Shown here in pieces: positions 1 to 13,589 of a DNA stretch of 64,000 bases. The first letter of the stretch is position 1. Each line of letters opens with the position of its first letter. Under the pieces are notes generated by a model that worked only from the letters and a program-made list of their open reading frames with translations, did not search any database and was not told the DNA's origin. The position numbers and the translations under genes are program-made. This DNA is from Eledone cirrhosa (lineage: Eukaryota), in assembly GCA_964016885.1 (NCBI GenBank), contig OZ024746.1:88226001-88290000 (forward strand), in the 5' to 3' direction.

Positions 1-158
1 AATGTGCTAATAATGAGTTATTTTAAACTTCTTCAACTTTATCCAAGCTCCTACAGACATCTTGGTTCGTGAGTAGTCGTATTCAAAACTCCAAAGACAC
101 AGACGATCAGAGGGACACATCAAAGAAATGCGCATATTTCCAAGGATTATGAGAGTAC
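1..158 (-). CDS. Possible coding exon of an unknown minus-strand gene running off the window edge
   Basis: Acceptor ttcttatttcag precedes position 158 on the minus strand. One frame stays open to the window edge (TLIILGNMRISLMCPSDRLCLWSFEYDYSRTKMSVGAWIKLKKFKNNSLLAH). No homology recognised. Confidence 0.25.
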
Positions 159-1274
159 CTGAAATAAGAATTGCAAACAATAATACAGGGCTATCAAAGG
201 CACGTTAACAAGCACGATATTAGTTCCTGGATACATGACTACTAGCTCTTTTTCAGTGAAAGCTTTATGGACGGGCACTGGGGAACATTAACACTGCATT
301 ATCTTATTTTCTCAACATAATAAAACGATGTCAAATGAAATGATTAGTAGGCGAAATAAATGTACCCCAACGTAAACTATATTTGTTCATAATATTTTGT
401 AAGAAATGGCAGATTGCCTTACATAGTGCATTGTATTTAACGACCGTTGAAATTATCGTTTTGTTTCGAAATAAGATTCTACTTCTTTCTATCGGAATAG
501 CACATTGTCATTTCCACTAATAACTACAGTTAGAACGGACGTTCTCAAAGTATAAATATCTATTAAGTCCATATTGTTACAAAGCAAAGCTATAGTTGGA
601 AAATCTATATTTCTACCCAAATAATTATGATGGAAAATGGTAATATACAAGTATTAATTGGTTTCACACATATAAGTTATCTAATTTTATTTTGTTGCGA
701 AAAAATCTACTCGAAAATAGGTCTTCACACGAAGACCCTCGTTGTTTTGAAAAACCCTTTATATTAGTTTTGTAATTATATCTTACAGAAATCGGTATTG
801 ATTGTGTTTCCTTACAAACTGTCCTTGCATATATACTTTAGTTAAACAAAAATATACTTCAAGGTAATGTAGTAAATTCAGTTATATAGTTAGAGAGAGA
901 TGTGAACTAGTAGAATTCTACATGTTTGTGAATTCTTGTTTTAAGTTGTGATTGTAGAGGGAGGGAAGGAAAAACCAATTACGTAAAATATAAAGCACGA
1001 TATTCATATATATGCTTTCGCCTTCTTGATATATTCTTAGTTCAAATCTTACCGTTTTCTAATAAGTTGTATTTCCTAATGAAACAAATCATTTCTCCAT
1101 ACACAAATACTGAGAGACTATTAGATACCATTATCTCAAAAGAATATGTATCTCCATATTATATGTATCATTTAGTGGAGACAATCTTTATTATTGGGGT
1201 GTTGATATTTCTAATGTTGTCATTCAGAATGAATACATATTCAAAATTATGGTAGCATTCATAAGAGAAATAAT

Positions 1275-1420
1275 TGATTCTACTTTTGGCAAAAGGCCAG
1301 AAATTACCCCAATGCATTAGTAGTGCTTTATTTTATCGACCCTGTAAAGATGAAAGGCAAAGTTAACCTCGATGCGATTTGAACCCTGATCATAAAGGGT
1401 CGTTACTCTATGCTGAAATA
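1275..1420 (-). mobile_element. tRNA-derived SINE (MetaSINE/MESC-like core), partial
   Basis: Matches the 45751-45931 copy in reverse (ttttatcgaccctgtaaagatgaaaggcaaagttaacctc...atttgaac). Confidence 0.75.
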
Positions 1421-1802
1421 ATTCAGTATTATTTATAGTATGGACGTATTTATTGAAATAGCATACACCTCATCTACTAAAATTGATCCACATTTTCACA
1501 ATTTACTTAAGGATTAAATCCATTATGTTTGGCTTCATGTTCTAAGTTGTTTTGCCCATTTTCTATACTTCTAGTTGTTTGCCTTAGTAAAGGAAATTCT
1601 ATCTCTCTAACGTTTATAGTTTCTTAATAATATCTATTTTGTGCTAGAAACTTTGAGAATAAAATAGCCATTAGAATAAGGAGAACTGGTGGAAGGAATG
1701 GCGTTAAATTACTTTGTTACTGATTTAAGACTCTAGGGGTATGAAACAGTTAGATATGTAAATGAAACAAAAATGTTGGGTATTTCTATTCTATATCTAA
1801 TA

Positions 1803-1985
1803 ATTGTTTCAACTTTTGGCCCATGGCCAGCAATTACAACAGTGTATTACTGGTGCTTTATTTAACGACCCCTTAAGGATGAAAGGCAAAGTTAACTTCG
1901 GTGGGATTTGAACTCATACCGTAAAAGGCATAACTCTATGCTACAAAGCATGATATCCGACCCTCTACCATTACTGCCAATCCAG
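1803..1985 (-). mobile_element. tRNA-derived SINE (MetaSINE/MESC-like core)
   Basis: Full-length reverse match to the 45751 copy, including the A- and B-box regions. Confidence 0.8.
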
Positions 1986-2154
1986 CGATGCAAATATACA
2001 GCCACGTTAGCGTTAATCAATATATTTAAAGGAATATGTGAGATAACACAATGTTACTTATCTAAATGTATTATGCTTTTGTTAATAATAATCCTCACTC
2101 CAGTGGGTAAATAATTTTAGTATAATTCCAAAGACACTCACACACGGACACACA

Positions 2155-3039
<885 letters not shown>

Positions 3040-3041
<2 letters not shown>

Positions 3042-3915
3042 AAAGACGTAAAATAAGAACATTTTAAAAAAATTTAAAAAATTTTTTAAATTAACTTACT
3101 TACTAAAATGTTCACTCCAACTAATTAGTTTCTGCAATGGGATAAAGACAGTTACGTAATATAACTGTCGAGAATTCATTGCGTCATCAGGGAGTCTATT
3201 CTCAGCTAAGTCTCCAGGCAATGCGCGGACACTGGGGACTCATATAAAAATAATAATAATTCGGTAGATGGAACAGCTAGCGGGGACTGGATTCCATGCA
3301 CTGAAAAGCTCGCTGTCTCTGGTCAAATGGCAGATTCTAAAGAATCAATCACGTGACACTGAGGCTAGTCGGTAGGAGTGGGATGGTAAGATGCAGGTGC
3401 CTACTATCACACCAATAAATTAGTAGTGGTTTTGGCAGCAAATATAAAGAGAGTTGCTGGCACTAACTTTCTGGTGTTTTCTACGGTGTTTGTTGCTTAT
3501 TGTTTGCTGTATGATAGGGGTATCCATGGTTTTAGGTATGTACAATATTTTAACTTTATAGCCACTTCTAATTAAAGCCTCATTATAATAAGGGTACATT
3601 TTTATAGAATATTTCTTCACTATATGATAATTTAGATATCTGAGTGAGATACTGTAGACTAGATTTTTTAGTTTGGAACTAGGGTGGTTCGATAGTGAAT
3701 GTTTATATTGGAGGTTTTGGTTTGGTTTGTGGTAGGGTTGGTAAGTTCCTGTTGATAGGTCAAAAGAGATGTAGCGGAAATTTACCATTTTAGGGCTATT
3801 TTCAAAAGTAACCGTTAGATTATAGTAATTTTTGAGGAATTTCCTAATATGCTTTTTATTTCTCTCAATTGAGAGACTAAGATTATTATCTAAAAGAAGA
3901 CAGTCATCGCGATTT
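3040..3915 (-). mobile_element. Decayed Penelope/Poseidon-type PLE fragment (RT C-terminus plus 3' pLTR)
   Basis: ORF 3420-3788 (VNFRYISFDLSTGTYQPYHKPNQNLQYKHSLSNHP) is typical PLE RT thumb sequence. An RDD remnant lies near 3905, a hammerhead lies downstream, and the fragment ends at a TA tract. Confidence 0.8.
3114..3195 (-). ncRNA. Type I hammerhead ribozyme with a long branched stem II
   Basis: Minus strand: ACTCC CTGATGA C-GCAATG..(internal hairpin GACAGTTA/TAACTGTC)..CATTGC-A GAAA CTAATTAG TT GGAGT. Stem I is ACTCC/GGAGT and loop III is palindromic. Confidence 0.75.
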
Positions 3916-4809
3916 CAAATATTCGCCATGATATTTCGGACAGTTAAACGTGTTTGTTTGACCGAATATATAGATTAAATATAATTAATTGATGAAACAC
4001 ATTTTTCATAATGATACATTAACAATACAGTTTTCTACACAGTCACCTAAAAGAAATATGCTACGTAATATCTCTGGAGGTTTTTAGAGGCTTGATTATT
4101 CCTCACATATCATAAACGTCTGATAATTAGTAATTCTTCTCATGGTATTCAATTCTATTTTTATTCTATCTTCAATAAATAGTAATTACTAAAGTCTGAC
4201 TCCAAAGAACTTATAATGATGTCGAATGTAATGAACATGATTTCATACTGACGATGAATTCATGACACAAATGATGATTGCATTCATTACTTTGATGATG
4301 ATTATGATGGTGTTGTTTGTGTTAATGATATTGAAGGAGATGGTAACTCATGATAGTTGATGGTGGATGTAGAGGTGGCAGGAATGAATGTCTCGATATT
4401 ATCAGCATTAGTTGTTCAGCTCAGTTGTGTTAAATATTCTATTGTTAGTATCATACACATAATATCAATTATCTAATGGATTCGATGAGAAAATTGAATT
4501 TAGTATTGGGTGTAAAACGAAAAACGAAAATAAGAAAGGGAAAACCAGTGCACGAGACGATAATTATGTCTGGTTAATTCAGGCCATATCTGTAATTGCT
4601 TTAACTTAAATAGTTCTATGTTAGACTTAAAATACAAAATGTAAGTGAAGATTTAAAAAGCACAATGAAAATATAAAGAGAGTTGATGCAACACCTACAT
4701 GAATAAAGACATAACTCCCCTAATCTATCAATCTCTATATATATTTTTTTCTCTCTCTGTCTATCTATATATCTATCTAGTTAGCCAGCTATATATCTAT
4801 CTCTCACAG

Positions 4810-5130
4810 GCTCCAACGGTTCATTCCGTATCCGCCACTCCTACACATGTACCTCCACCCACGTTGCCTATGCCCGCCAGTGTTCGCAATTCGGGGCCTT
4901 ATACATCTGCACATGGCAGACAGTTTTGCTGAACATTTGAGGGACATACTCCTCGGTTTGGATACTACCGTCGCCCGTCATTTTCGTTACCCAGGTCACT
5001 CTTCCTACATGCCAAAGTCGGTGGTGTCTGTTTACATCACGGACCACAGGCCCCACGCACCAGGACTGTTCAGAGTATGATTTACCGCATTAGGTCCCGT
5101 TTTCCTCATAGATACAGCTCCCCCTCCCAA
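4810..5130 (+). mobile_element. Decayed PLE GIY-YIG endonuclease fragment (Neptune-like)
   Basis: Frameshifted TCTSTHVAYARQCSQFGALY..ADSFAEHLRDI..TTVARHFRYPGHS motifs. Confidence 0.65.
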
Positions 5131-5967
5131 TTTTTGTAATGCCCGTTTCATATGGCACCTTATCGTCAGAAATATATACTCATACAGCTGATACAGACCA
5201 ATCAAATACGCACACTCTACGTTTCAATTCACAGCTCTTTATATACACACACACACTTATATTAACATACATTTCCTCTATTTCTTCATATACATGGCAG
5301 AAAACTACCACCACCACCACGGGAGATTGTGGCAGGAGGGATGAAGAAACACACACACAGATACTTCTGAATTGTCAGCAGCAGCAAGAAATAAGCTGAT
5401 CACAACATCAACAACACTACCAAAATAATGGTAAAGATCAGATGTACATAACAATAGCAAACACAAACACTACAGGGAGCCTCACCCCAGAAATTATTCC
5501 TATAGACTTTGGACTGAGGAATGCTCTCAAAACTGACCAATGGGAAGAGTGAACTTACAAATCTGTATAACATTGAGATGGGTATAACACACACATTTTA
5601 TTCCATTATTTTATTTTATTTTGTCCCTTTACCAGCTTATTCCTTCTACCACTTTATCACACTTTTTTTAGCTGACTCCAACAAAAACACCACTACCAAC
5701 ATAAGAATAGAGGTCAGATGTACCTAATAAAAACAAGAGCAACAGCTACAGATTGGGTTGCCTCAGGACGAATTTCTATAGACTTTTGACTGAGGAATGT
5801 TCTAACAACTGACCAATGAGAGGAGAAAAGGCCCTTTGACGTTTGTTTAAATATAATTATAGTTCCTCAGTGAAAAATCAACCCAACCAGGAACTGGGCA
5901 TATCAGATTATTGACAATGTTATACACCTCAACATCGTGTGTACTCGTCTCTACCACACTAATTCGG

Positions 5968-6022
5968 ACTGCATGAAGAGGTCACAGCCAAAAATGGCTG
6001 TCACCGAAATATATATAGCAGT
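5968..6022 (+). ncRNA. Type I hammerhead ribozyme (core C3 mutated to A)
   Basis: ACTGC ATGAAGA GGTCACAGCCA AAAA TGGCTGTCACC GAAA TATATA TA GCAGT. Homologous to 24950-25005. Confidence 0.75.
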
Positions 6023-6073
6023 AATAAACGAAGCCAAATTTCAAACTCAAACATTAGACATATTTATTTATTT

Positions 6074-6130
<57 letters not shown>

Positions 6131-6131
<1 letters not shown>

Positions 6132-6378
6132 CAAAGGAATTGTGGTAAGGAACTAGATGGACCATAACGCACCAGAGTACTCAATACTTAGACTAGTAGA
6201 GTGGGAAATAGGAAACAGTATGACTCCGACGGCAGAGGTCAAGCCGTTTCGACGACTATTTCTGGACTAAATTAGAACTTTTAGCCTGGTGATTCACCAG
6301 GCTAAAAATTCTAATTTAGTTCAGAAATAGCCCTCGAAACGGCTTGAGCTCAGCCGTCGCGATCCTACTCGTTCCTAT
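6131..6378 (-). mobile_element. Short TA-targeted non-autonomous element with 5' inversion (family F2)
   Basis: Shared sequence gtggtaaggaac(c)agatggaccataacgcaccagagtactcaatacttag... plus a palindrome centred near 6291. Other copies at 26330, 52725 and 57181. Confidence 0.8.
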
Positions 6379-6384
6379 ATTACA

Positions 6385-6957
6385 ATGCTTGGCCTGTTTG
6401 TAAACAAACATCCCGAATTAAGCTGTAGTGTTTAGCAACCATTGTTGCCCTTTTGTTCAACACTGACAAAGGAACGATGTACTAGTTTCAAGCTTATTAG
6501 CTTGTAATAAATGTTCGGTGAATCCATACGTACATATATATATATATGTGTGCCTGTATGTATATATATACATACTACTGTACGTCTGTATACATATATG
6601 TATGTACGTATACATACTTATATTTAAGTATGTGCCGTACTAAGAGTGAGAAATGAAATTTTGTTTCATTTTTTCCATTTATCGTTTTCGGTGTGACGGG
6701 CCGATTAACTCACCCGATATGCAAATTAGGCTGCTCAGCCGTTAATATGCATAAGGAAAGTATATACTTTCAGACCTTCAATCATCTGGCAGGAAGGTAT
6801 ACGGTGCTGACGATAGCTAATAAGCTTGAAACTAGTACATCGGTCCTTTGTCAGTATTGAACAAAAGGGCCACGGCGTTTGATAAACACTGTACGGCTTA
6901 ATTCGGGATGTTTGTTTACACACAAATCGAGCATTATATGTTCGATGTATCCATACG

Positions 6958-6960
<3 letters not shown>
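6385..6960 (+). mobile_element. Hammerhead-bearing non-autonomous element (family F1, retrozyme-like) with inverted 5' segment
   Basis: About one ~424-bp unit (6505-6960) preceded by an inverted piece (6390-6502). Same family as 37715 and 49803. Confidence 0.85.
6801..6843 (+). ncRNA. Minimal type I hammerhead ribozyme (F1)
   Basis: ACGGTG CTGACGA TAGCTAATAAGCTT GAAA CTAG TA CATCG. Confidence 0.85.
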
Positions 6961-6993
<33 letters not shown>

Positions 6994-7043
6994 AGCCGTG
7001 TGTTTCCCCATCCGCTTAATTTACATTTACTCACTACGGTCTC

Positions 7044-7405
<362 letters not shown>

Positions 7406-8149
7406 ACGTCATCTTTCTTAATGCTTATGTATGAGTGTATTAGTGTGTTAGTGTTTGCTTCGTGCTTTTTCCTGATGTTACATCCAATATGTTTTGCGAA
7501 CTCCTCTGTTCATCAGAAATTATCAATCGCTAAATGGCGGAATCCGATTATCTCAAAAGTAATCGGTGCGAACGTAGTGGAAACAAATGTTATCACTTAT
7601 TGCTTGAATCACAGAGACTGCTGAACATAAATTTATCAAGAATTAAATCTTGTGTCAATTCAAGTGAGCCAGTCTAAATCTTGCTGACTTTGACTTATTC
7701 AAAATTTTTCAAACTATGATGTTGAAAATGCTGAATAATTAAGGCAATATCAAAGGTTCTTACTTTACATTTACAATACATTGGTTAAACCATTTGTTTT
7801 TTTATGCTTTTATCGATATCCCAACAATTATATCAATGTATAAATGATTAGGAGAACATTTTCTGAAATATTTTCTAAAATTTTAATCCACCAGCATTTT
7901 TTACTGATTAATCAGTAAATGGCGTAATGCTTATTATATATTTCTTTGTTTGTACCAGCAGAAGCCTGATTAAGGAGATCTGTTATCAAAGTGATACAAG
8001 CGAAATCAAAATTACCCCTTTAGAATTATTTCTAGGGAAGCCCTATCTAAATATGTCGTTTTTTTTTAAAGAAAAGAGGACATTGATGGTGATTACTCGA
8101 CTAAATTTTCCAGGGTAGTTGAAATATTTTTAAAATGATCTTTGACTCC

Positions 8150-8640
8150 GACATGCTGCACGCTGTGAATAAAAATCAATGATACAAATACCGAGACAAC
8201 CCTCCTCTCAATCATGCATGTGCAGTGCACTCTACACGGGAGAGAATATTCACTGAAGAAGGTGATGAATAACAGGCAACTCGAGGCCGTGTTGGAAGGC
8301 ATGGAGCTGATTTATAAATAGGAATTTCAGGAGCTAGCGTAGTAAAGCAAAAACATCACCATTCGCTCATCAGAAGAAATGTCTTAAGTTTAAAAGCCAA
8401 ACTCACAATCGTGACTTCGGTATTCGTGTAATAAATATAGTCATGAATTTTGCGCAATGACCTATATCATTCGATCGCAATTAGAAGCGGCGGAATTGGG
8501 GTTCCTCCATAGGGGTTTGTAGAAAAGTTACTCAATAGAATAAGGAGCTAGGATGTCAGAGAATCGCTCCAGGTTGATCTGCGCATCTCTGATTTGGAGA
8601 ACAGTTCCTTTATTACGAACATGAATATGTGGGCGAAAAG
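8150..8640 (+). pseudogene. Old RTE-type LINE RT 3' remnant
   Basis: RSQLEAAELGFLHR..LLNRIRS*DVRESLQV motif with stops. Confidence 0.5.
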
Positions 8641-9561
8641 CAATGAGAAGAAGTACCTTAACTATTAAAGGATTGCCTCTAGGAGTCATAATGCTTCCAT
8701 TACAAATAATTACCTTCCGTTATCTGGCTATTAACTAAACATATTAATTGAAGTTAGATTATGAACTCCAAACTTCTATACTGTGAAAGGATTATTATTA
8801 ATAAATATCGATCAATATATTACCTTTTTATCATTTCCTTAATTCAAATTTCTCAAGTAACAACGAGGAATAAATTGTATAAAACACACGTGAAAAATTG
8901 AAGAAAATATATACATATATTATATTAGTTAATGCTGAAGAATCTGGATGGCAGTAATTATTTACTGCCCAACAAATATCAGTACAGAAGCCAGCAGTGT
9001 GTTTTTAATTTAAACCCATAAAAATGTTATCTGAAAAATGACAATTTCTTTACTATATTTTAAGCACGAATTTAAATTTCGAATGTTGGGCATTTGTTAA
9101 AATGTTTCTATTTCTTTATTTCACCTGTTGCTGATACAAAGTTAAAGCGAACATTAACATAGCCAGAGTCAGATTATATACACAGATATGGAAGTAATTC
9201 TGAAAAAATAATTAGAATTAAAATAGAACATGATTAAAAATGTTAAGGAAAATTACATATTCAATAACATTCATAACATGATCTTTATTTCATGAATGCA
9301 AATGTGTTTCCAGTTCAATTCAATTACACACACACACGCACACGCACACGCACACACACACATATATATATATATATATTAATAAGACATAGCTATAACA
9401 GATTTATAGTAGATTGGTCCGTTGGTCTAATCATCTCATCATTCACAGTCTCCAGTCAACAAACCCTCCATTTGCAATTCTAGTCGCGTTTTCAATAGGT
9501 TTTCCTTATAATTTCACCCGGGTAGGACATCTCGTTTTTTTGTTAAAAAGAAGTTAGTTTT

Positions 9562-9618
<57 letters not shown>

Positions 9619-10746
9619 AGAGGGGTAGATTAATAGATTGTTGGATATAGCGTATTATATAACAATTTAGAGTTTGTGGCTTAATAAAAAAAAATCATCA
9701 TTCTTATTTTGGAGAATGGAAAGAAAACGTAAAGTTATAAGAAGTAGGCAATTACATATGAAAATGAAAATATAAGAAACATACAGTAAAATGAGACATA
9801 TAAAGTAAAAATTGCAAAGAACAAATAGCAGCTCATTAAAAAAAAAAGAAAAAAAAAATTAAATTCAAAGAAAGCAGGCAAAATAAGTATATTTGTATAA
9901 TATTATGAAATGTTTATAGCTTCTGTAACAGACGAAGAAATACATTTCTTTAATTGAAAGCCAGATTTCAGACCGATAAAATATAACAACACATAGGGAT
10001 AAAGAATAAACAGAATGATAGCTGTAGTGTGTGATAGAATATATGTGTAGACAATAAAATAATGTTAGGAAATGAAGGCAAATTAAGGTTGGGAGGAAAC
10101 TATAACATAAACGTTACGTATAAAGCTACATTTATTAATGCCTTCTTTTTAAAAGTTATGTATAATATCGAAGCTTCTTATAGAAAATATTAGGAAATGT
10201 CCAACTAAACAGTGAGATAATGGTGGGAATCTAGACAGGATAAAGCCATACGGAGGGCACACATACGAGAAGGGGGGGGGGGGGTATACATATGTTGAAA
10301 AGTATGTACGTTATTTAGTGACGCAAAAAAGGTAAATATTTATATAAGGATTATATGGGAATTGACAATATATAAGGATGGGAAATGCAAGCAGGTTGGT
10401 GTGGTTTCATATATTCTAACATAAAGAGAAAGAATAGGCTGATAAAATAAAATAAAATAAATAAACTAAACTTACGAATATTCGTTATATTTAAATGCAG
10501 GTACAGCTTTCAGGACAGGCACATTGGCACAGTATTGTGAAGATTAATGAGTAACTATTACAGTATCATAACGAAATGCTAATCAATATAAATAAAATTA
10601 AAATTATAAAATGTTTTAACATATGGTTGTCTGGATACTAGTGCCGAAAATAGTGTGCTGTGTTATTTAGATAATAATTATAAATTTCATCTCATGGGGA
10701 TAATGACGAACTAATATTAACTTCCAGTTATCATATGATTCAGAGA

Positions 10747-10972
10747 TCATATGGATCTTATATATATCATAATCATTCTTCTGATATATGGATGATCAGT
10801 TGAACTTGAAATTATAAATGATTCGTGCTTTCTGTGATATTTAGAGTATTTTGTGTTAATTTTTATTTGACAGAGTGTGAATATTGGAGTATCTGCTAAA
10901 TAGAAATAACTCTCTCTAACTGATTTGTTAGAATATATTCTCGCTGTAAAATCTCTTCGGAGAGTAGTATTC
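10747..10972 (-). CDS. Candidate host gene, exon 3 (terminal)
   Basis: Acceptor ttctcttttatggtttgcag; phase 2 matches exon 2; open to TGA at 10747 (NTTLRRDFTARIYSNKSVRESYFYLADTPIFTLCQIK...). Confidence 0.55.
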
Positions 10973-11356
10973 CTGCAAACCATAAAAGAGAATCAATGTC
11001 AATCATCAGCGGTCATAGTTATAACTGGATGGAATATTTCCATACGGTTGGTATTCTGCTACTACCGGAAACAACGCATCGTAATTTAAAACTATTTTAA
11101 ATCGTACGTATGTAATTATTTGCATTATTATCATATTCAATGCATTACGGTATCGTTTTCATGGCAAATGCATTGTTGTGATATGTGATACAGGGTGAGG
11201 CAGATATGATGTATAGTAAAATCCATTTCTTTTATTAGAATGCTTAAATAGCAGGCACATTATTATTCTGTTTCGAAGGTTCACGTATTTAAAAAAATAC
11301 ATTCTTCCTTTGTAAAACATCTTTCAAATATACCGTTATATGTAATACGGAGTTAC

Positions 11357-11619
11357 AATAGCTGCACATGCTCCATCTCTTTGATATTGGATATCATCAA
11401 TCTTTGAATATGTGTATATGTATATAAGATGGACTCCCCCGTCGATATCTGACGTATGAGCGCCCAATAAAAGTTAAATGTGAGAAAGTGAACTGATGTT
11501 GAACTATCGACACAAAGTTTTGTTTTAAGTGGTGAAGGCTTGTGTAGGACCAACCACACATTTTTGAACTGACAACATATGTCTACGGTGCACATTTTTG
11601 CCACGGAATATATGACAGC
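11357..11619 (-). CDS. Candidate host gene, exon 2
   Basis: Acceptor ttttattctttttattttaag, 263 nt open (AVIYSVAKMCTVDICCQFKNVWLVLHKP...EMEHVQL), donor GTAACT; phase 0 to phase 2. Confidence 0.55.
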
Positions 11620-12118
11620 CTTAAAATAAAAAGAATAAAAACTATTTGGATGGTCGTTGACTCTGCTGAGTTCCTACACCCTTTGCGGGGTCTTGTATTT
11701 CATCCTGCAGGGTGTCCAAATATTACCCTCCTCACCAAACAAGCTTGGTGGTGGGGTTGGCGGTTTAATCACCGACCACCCGATCATGAGACAGGTTTTG
11801 CTGGGTTACATGTTACCAGTAGCACTCGACTCGAGATTGACCTGACATATGTATATATATATATATATACATACACACACACACACACAAACACACATAT
11901 TTATATATATATATATATATATTAGAAAATGATGTTTTTTTTACGAAATGAAAAAAAAATGAGATGTCCTACACTAGTGAAATATAAGGAAAAAAGATGA
12001 AATCTCAATTTTGAAAAGCACAAGAAGTGCGAAACCGGTAAAAGGGCCAAATAAATACTTTATAAAAGTCTCCAGTTGCATTTCGATTTCATCTTTATTC
12101 CCTATATATATATATGTA

Positions 12119-13570
12119 TATATTTATTAAAATAACAGATTAAAGTGTAAGCAAAGAATTGTTGCTTTCACCCTTAACGGGATCTTCTGAAATTAAAAAA
12201 GTAAATCTGTGAACGCAGAAGTAAATATTTCAAAAATCGTTGCAGCCGGAGGAGACAGGAAGACGATAATTTGGTTCGTTGAAACGTTCCCTGGCAAAAG
12301 ACGGGGAAGACGAAGATAATACGTCATTATTTGGAGCGGTGAAAAACAATTACACGCAAAGACAAAGCCACGTTTATGGTATAAAAGAAGTCGTAGACTA
12401 ATATTATATTAGGTGGTTCATGGAGCCGTTCTCTGGCAATGAACGCAAACAACGAAGATAATACGTCATATGTGGAGCGTGGAGAACAATTGCACGCAAA
12501 GACAAAACCACGTAAATGGTATAACTCAAGTCGTAGACTAAAATTCTAACTAGGAAACCGAATGATTCTCGACTTCAGAGTTAACAATAAAGTACATAAA
12601 ATACAGAGGTAATTGAAATTAAATAAATACATACACACAACCATATACGTACATACATAAGCATACGCGAAAACACTCGCCATAGGTATACAAATAGAAG
12701 CACGTACACACAAAAAAAACGCACGCACATACAGAACGTACGCGACGCCTGTACCCGCACACATACGAATGTATACACCAAATACACATGAAAATATATA
12801 TATAAAAAAAAAATATATATATATATATGCGCGTGTGTGTGCGTGTATACAAATAATTAAATAAAATTATATAAATAAATAAATACGTATATAACGCGCG
12901 CACAAACATACCTACATGTAAATACACATATGTTCGGAGACGTACGTCAACCAAAACACAAAGCACACATAACACACACCCTACATACGTACGAACCCAC
13001 ATACTCACACAGACGCAAAACTCGCGTATACACATAACCAAATGCATATGTACCAGAATATATAATATATACGCCATAACATATACGTGGTTTTGTCTTT
13101 GCGTGAAATTGTTCTCCCCCGCTCCACATATGACGTATTATCTTCGTTTTTCTTGTCCATTGCCAGATAACGTCTCCATGAATCACCTAAGAGAATATTA
13201 GTCTACGACTTCTTTTATACCATAAACGTGGTTTTGTCTTTGCGTGTAATTGTTTTTCACCGCTCCATTAATAACATATTACCTTCGTTTTTTCCCGTTC
13301 TTTGCCAGGGAACGTTTCCGCGAACCAAAGTATCGTCTTCCTCTCTTCCTCCGGTTGGAACGTTTTTTGAAATATTTACTTCTGCGTTCACATATTGACT
13401 CTTTTAGTTTTAGAAGATCCCGTTAAGGGTGAAAGCCGCGATTATTTGCTTAAAATTTAATCTGTTATTTTAATAAATATTTGCTCTACGGTTCTTATAT
13501 ATTTGATATATATATTTATTCTTACCGAGCCCTTTTGGATGTTTAGTCCTCAAATTTATTATTATTACTA
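12119..13570. mobile_element. Fold-back made of Poseidon-type PLE 3' UTR/pLTR sequence
   Basis: Diverged ~400-bp inverted arms (12119-12530 vs 13085-13481). 12119-13080 aligns with 45533-46390, the 3' UTR of the PLE at 45533-47600. Flanked by TA. Confidence 0.8.
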
Positions 13571-13589
13571 TATATATATATATATATAT

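Noticed and set aside
5512-5830. Further hammerhead-like traces (5512, 5789, 12010, 25501, 30891, 52493, 53757, 63571)
   Set aside because: Two or more core or stem defects each. Possibly decayed ribozymes, but not individually supportable.
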